Shown in pieces: positions 60,526 to 64,000 of a stretch of 64,000 nt of DNA. The notes below the pieces were generated by a model. It ran no database searches. It saw only the letters and a program-made list of their open reading frames with translations, and had not been told where the DNA came from. Origin of the DNA: an uncultured Flavobacteriales bacterium (GTDB lineage Bacteria > Bacteroidota > Bacteroidia > Flavobacteriales > UBA7312). Position numbers and translations under genes: made by a program. Numbering within the stretch: position 1 is the first letter of the stretch; each line of letters starts with the position of its first letter. The stretch lies in contig CAJWHN010000001.1 in assembly GCA_913041085.1 (NCBI GenBank), positions 10,992-74,991 on the forward strand, given 5' to 3'.

Positions 60526-61293
60526 ATGGATGTAAATAAAAATTCCTACACTTTTGGTTTTGCGACAATAATGGTTGTTTTGGTAGCTACCTTGTTATCT
60601 GCTGCTGCTATTAGCCTAAAACCATTTCAAGACAAAAATATAGAGTCGGAAAAGAAACAGAATATACTTTCTACAGTTGGTATAGAAGTTAGTCGTGAAG
60701 ATGCGGCAACTGCTTACGAGAAAAATATCGTCAATACCTATGTTCTGAATAACAAAGGAGAAGAAGTAGAAGGGGACGCTTTTACGGTTGATTTGGGAGT
60801 TGAACTCAAAAAGTCAGCCGACCAACAATTGCTTCCTGTTTTCGAAAGCCAACAAGATGGTGAAAAGATTTATATTCTTCCAATGAGAGGTAAAGGTCTA
60901 TGGGGTCCAATCTGGGGTTTTGTAGCTCTTAAAGAAGATATGAGTACTATTTCTGGTGCGGTCTTTGATCATAAATCAGAAACTCCAGGTCTAGGAGCAG
61001 AAATTTCGTTAGGTTGGTTTCAAGAGCCGTTTGTTGGAAAAACAATTTTTGAAGGAACGGAGTTAGTTTCTATCAAGGTTGTCAAGGGTGGTGCTGAAGA
61101 AGATGATATGCACGCTGTTGATGGTATTTCGGGAGGTACGATAACTGCTGATGGTGTAACTGATATGTTAGCTGAGCGTTTTGGTCAGTATTTACCATTC
61201 TTCAATAAAAAAATGTCTGAAATGATAGAATTGCCAACAGACTCTTTAGTATTAGATAGTACAATGGCATTTAATTTAAATACTATACAATAA
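60526..61293 (+). CDS. nqrC: Na+-NQR subunit C
   Basis: GKGLWGPIWG, HKSETPGLG, VDGISGGTIT FMN site. Confidence 0.96.
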   Translation: MDVNKNSYTFGFATIMVVLVATLLSAAAISLKPFQDKNIESEKKQNILSTVGIEVSREDAATAYEKNIVNTYVLNNKGEEVEGDAFTVDLGVELKKSADQQLLPVFESQQDGEKIYILPMRGKGLWGPIWGFVALKEDMSTISGAVFDHKSETPGLGAEISLGWFQEPFVGKTIFEGTELVSIKVVKGGAEEDDMHAVDGISGGTITADGVTDMLAERFGQYLPFFNKKMSEMIELPTDSLVLDSTMAFNLNTIQ

Positions 61294-61940
61294 TGAGCGA
61301 TAAGAAAGAAGCTTTGTTTTCTAAGAAAAATCGAAAACTTTTAATAGACCCTTTGAACGATAACAACCCTGTTACTACTCAAGTATTGGGTATTTGTTCT
61401 GCTTTAGCAATTACGGTTCAGTTGAAACCAGCTATTGTAATGGCTATTTCTGTTTTGGTGGTGATGTCAGTTGCCAATGTAGTGGTATCCTTAATGAGGA
61501 ATTTAATTCCATCAAGAATTAGAATTATTGTACAGTTAGTAGTTATTGCTGCTCTAGTAATTTTAGTTGACCAAGTGCTTAAAGCCTTTGTCTACGATGT
61601 AAGTAAGGAACTGTCCGTATTTGTTGGACTTATCATTACCAATTGTATAATTATGGGTCGTCTTGAAGCATTTGCTTTAGGAAACCGTCCTTGGAAATCA
61701 TTTTTAGATGGTTTAGGTAACGCCTTTGGTTATGGTTGGATACTTATTGCCGTAGCATTCTTTAGAGAGTTGCTAGGTGCTGGCACACTTTTTGGTTATC
61801 CAGTACTTGAAAAAATGGGACTTTACGAAATGGGTTACGAAAACAATGGCATGATGATTTTACCTCCTATGGCACTTATTACAGTAGGTATAATTATCTG
61901 GATACAAAGAATGAAAAATAGAGATTTAATCGAATCTTAA
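61293..61940 (+). CDS. nqrD: Na+-NQR subunit D
   Basis: QVLGICSALA, LIITNCIIMGR. Confidence 0.96.
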   Translation: MSDKKEALFSKKNRKLLIDPLNDNNPVTTQVLGICSALAITVQLKPAIVMAISVLVVMSVANVVVSLMRNLIPSRIRIIVQLVVIAALVILVDQVLKAFVYDVSKELSVFVGLIITNCIIMGRLEAFALGNRPWKSFLDGLGNAFGYGWILIAVAFFRELLGAGTLFGYPVLEKMGLYEMGYENNGMMILPPMALITVGIIIWIQRMKNRDLIES

Positions 61941-61950
61941 TATTGATACT

Positions 61951-62568
61951 ATGCAAGAATTAGCAAATATATTTATCAAGTCGATATTCATCGACAATAT
62001 GATATTCGCCTACTTTTTAGGAATGTGTTCCTATTTGGCAGTATCCAAAACAGTAAAAACATCAGTTGGTATGGGCTTTGCCGTCATCTTTGTATTAGGC
62101 TTTACCATACCTATCAACTATTTATTAGAAAATTTCATTTTGAAACAAGGGGCTTTGGTTTGGCTTAGCGAATCTTTCGTCGATGTAGACCTAGGCTTTT
62201 TGAGTTTTATTATGTTCATTGCTATCATTGCTTCTATGGTTCAATTAGTAGAGATGATTGTAGAGAAGTTTTCTCCAGCTTTATATGGCTCTTTAGGTAT
62301 TTTCCTGCCACTTATAGCAGTTAACTGTGCTATTTTGGGTGGTTCATTATTTATGCAAGAAAGAGCATACACCAGTATTGTAGAAGCTACAGTATTTGGT
62401 CTAGGGTCTGGAATTGGTTGGTTTTTAGCTATTGTAGCTATTGCCGCTATCCGTGAAAAAATACGTTATTCCCATGTACCTGCTCCATTAAGAGGTCTAG
62501 GTATCACCTTTATTATTACAGGTCTTATGGGTATTGCGTTTATGAGCTTTATGGGAATCAAATTATAA
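61951..62568 (+). CDS. nqrE: Na+-NQR subunit E
   Basis: [22 protein letters not shown]. Confidence 0.96.
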   Translation: MQELANIFIKSIFIDNMIFAYFLGMCSYLAVSKTVKTSVGMGFAVIFVLGFTIPINYLLENFILKQGALVWLSESFVDVDLGFLSFIMFIAIIASMVQLVEMIVEKFSPALYGSLGIFLPLIAVNCAILGGSLFMQERAYTSIVEATVFGLGSGIGWFLAIVAIAAIREKIRYSHVPAPLRGLGITFIITGLMGIAFMSFMGIKL

Positions 62569-62590
62569 TTCGTTTAGAACAAACACACAA

Positions 62591-63895
62591 ATGATAATAT
62601 TAAGTACAACAACAATAGTTTCAAGTATAGCCATTTTTTTATTGGTAATATTCGCATTGGTAGGCATTCTTTTATTTGCCAAAGCCAAGCTGATGCCATC
62701 TGGTAAAGTTAAAATTACCATCAATGGAGAAAAAGAGATAGAAGTCGATGGAGGTTCTACTTTACTTAACACCTTAAGTAATGAAGGTATATTCTTACCG
62801 TCTGCTTGTGGTGGTGGTGGTACCTGTATTCAGTGTACTTGCCAAGTGCATAATGGTGGTGGTAGTATCTTACCTACTGAAGAACCACACTTCTCTAAAA
62901 AAGAAATTGCAGACAACTACCGTTTAGGATGTCAGGTTAAGGTAAAAGAGGATATGGAAATATCTATTCCTGAAGAAGTATTTGGTGTAAAGAAATGGGA
63001 AGCCACAGTTGTTTCTAACTATAATGTTGCTTCTTTCATTAAGGAGTTTATTGTAGAAATTCCTGAGGATATGCCCTACGAAGCAGGTGGATACATACAG
63101 ATTGAAATTCCTGATTGTGACATCAATTATGCCGATATGGATATTACGGCTCACCCCGATGAACACGATGAGGCAGAAAAATTTAAATTGGAGTGGGATA
63201 AATTTGGTTTATGGTCACTTAAGATGAAGAATGACGAAGAAGTTGTTCGAGCATACTCTATGGCCTCTTACCCTGCTGAAGGAAGACGTGTTATGTTAAA
63301 CGTTCGTGTTGCTACACCGCCTTGGGACAGAGCAAAAAATACATGGGCTGACGTAAATCCTGGTGTAGCTTCTTCTTATATCTTTAGCAGAAAAGCAGGA
63401 GATAAGGTTACTATTTCAGGGCCTTACGGTGAATTTTTCATCAATAATTCTGAAGCTGAGATGCTTTATATCGGTGGTGGAGCAGGAATGGCACCAATGC
63501 GTTCACATCTTTATGAGTTATTCAAAACTTTGAAGACTGGTAGAAAAGTAAGTTATTGGTACGGCGGTAGGTCAAAGAGAGAGTTATTCTACTTGGATCA
63601 CTTTTACAGTTTAGAAAAAGAATTTTCAAACTTTAATTTCGAAATTGTTTTGTCCGAGCCATTAGAAGAAGATAATTGGACACCAAAGAAAGATTTAGAC
63701 GATAAGAAAGGTGATGGTTTTGTTGGTTTTGTACACCAAGCTGTAATTGATCAATACCTAACCAAACACGAAGCACCAGAAGATATAGAATTATATTTCT
63801 GTGGACCACCACTTATGAACCAAGCTGTTTTAAAGATGGCTGACGATTGGGGTATTCCTGATGAAAACGTTCGTTTTGACGATTTCGGTGGATAG
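62591..63895 (+). CDS. nqrF: Na+-NQR subunit F
   Basis: 2Fe-2S motif [38 protein letters not shown]. Confidence 0.97.
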   Translation: MIILSTTTIVSSIAIFLLVIFALVGILLFAKAKLMPSGKVKITINGEKEIEVDGGSTLLNTLSNEGIFLPSACGGGGTCIQCTCQVHNGGGSILPTEEPHFSKKEIADNYRLGCQVKVKEDMEISIPEEVFGVKKWEATVVSNYNVASFIKEFIVEIPEDMPYEAGGYIQIEIPDCDINYADMDITAHPDEHDEAEKFKLEWDKFGLWSLKMKNDEEVVRAYSMASYPAEGRRVMLNVRVATPPWDRAKNTWADVNPGVASSYIFSRKAGDKVTISGPYGEFFINNSEAEMLYIGGGAGMAPMRSHLYELFKTLKTGRKVSYWYGGRSKRELFYLDHFYSLEKEFSNFNFEIVLSEPLEEDNWTPKKDLDDKKGDGFVGFVHQAVIDQYLTKHEAPEDIELYFCGPPLMNQAVLKMADDWGIPDENVRFDDFGG

Positions 63896-63911
63896 TACAA
63901 TTTACAATTTT

Positions 63912-63952
63912 AAAAAAAACCTCACTTATTTTAGTGAGGTGTTTTTGTTTTT
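63912..63952 (+). terminator. Intrinsic terminator of the nqr operon
   Basis: acctcact/agtgaggt 8-bp stem (63919-63940) flanked by an A run and a T-rich tail. Confidence 0.85.
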
Positions 63953-64000
63953 TACTAGTAGATTTATATTTTTAAACTATTTTTATAGGTCTTAATCCAA

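Noticed and set aside
356-63166. Short overlapping ORFs in the track (e.g. 356-589, 3048-3365, 5972-6268, 23763-24134, 36166-36513, 49938-50249, 51594-51893, 58753-59016)
   Set aside because: Antisense or alternate-frame shadows of well-supported genes, with no recognisable motifs or start context
1-64000. tRNA, rRNA, riboswitch, IS or prophage elements
   Set aside because: Intergenic gaps are short and AT-rich with no cloverleaf or conserved RNA motif that I could recognise, and no integrase, transposase or phage genes were found; an Infernal/tRNAscan run would confirm

Overview
AT-rich genomic window from a Bacteroidota bacterium, probably a marine Flavobacteriales lineage. Support for this: TAnnTTTG promoters, A-rich start regions with no obvious Shine-Dalgarno sequence, T9SS C-terminal domains and an Na+-NQR operon. 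Most of the window is housekeeping: hisS (5' partial), cinA, rpmB, rpmG, ftsY, rimO, bshC, guaA, lolA, ftsK, ctlX, argS, ffh, folD, queE, kdsA, rarA, meaB, scpA, pruA and nqrABCDEF. No rRNA, tRNA, CRISPR array or mobile element was recognised. The strand labels in the supplied ORF track are wrong for many genes between 22 and 56 kb (e.g. ftsK, rarA and pruA are on the minus strand); strands and several starts were re-derived from the sequence. The most striking feature is a four-gene surface-protein locus at 12985-21424. A 1636-aa T9SS type-B adhesin-like protein (A) is followed by three separately secreted proteins (B, C, D) that, in order, reproduce A's domain architecture. The breaks appear to fall inside Ig/PKD-like domains: B and C end in a short Pro-rich strand, and the next subunit starts immediately after the equivalent strand of A. 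This suggests a split adhesin assembled head-to-tail by C-terminal strand complementation, with only D carrying a T9SS export signal (inference). Other items of note: a fused methylmalonyl-CoA mutase (reduced small subunit plus large subunit), an LPP20/CsgG-like lipoprotein trio, a DUF5723-like barrel plus lipoprotein pair, a shared 4-Cys module in two T9SS cargos, a Fur-box-like palindrome upstream of nqr, and a truncated secreted-protein gene remnant.
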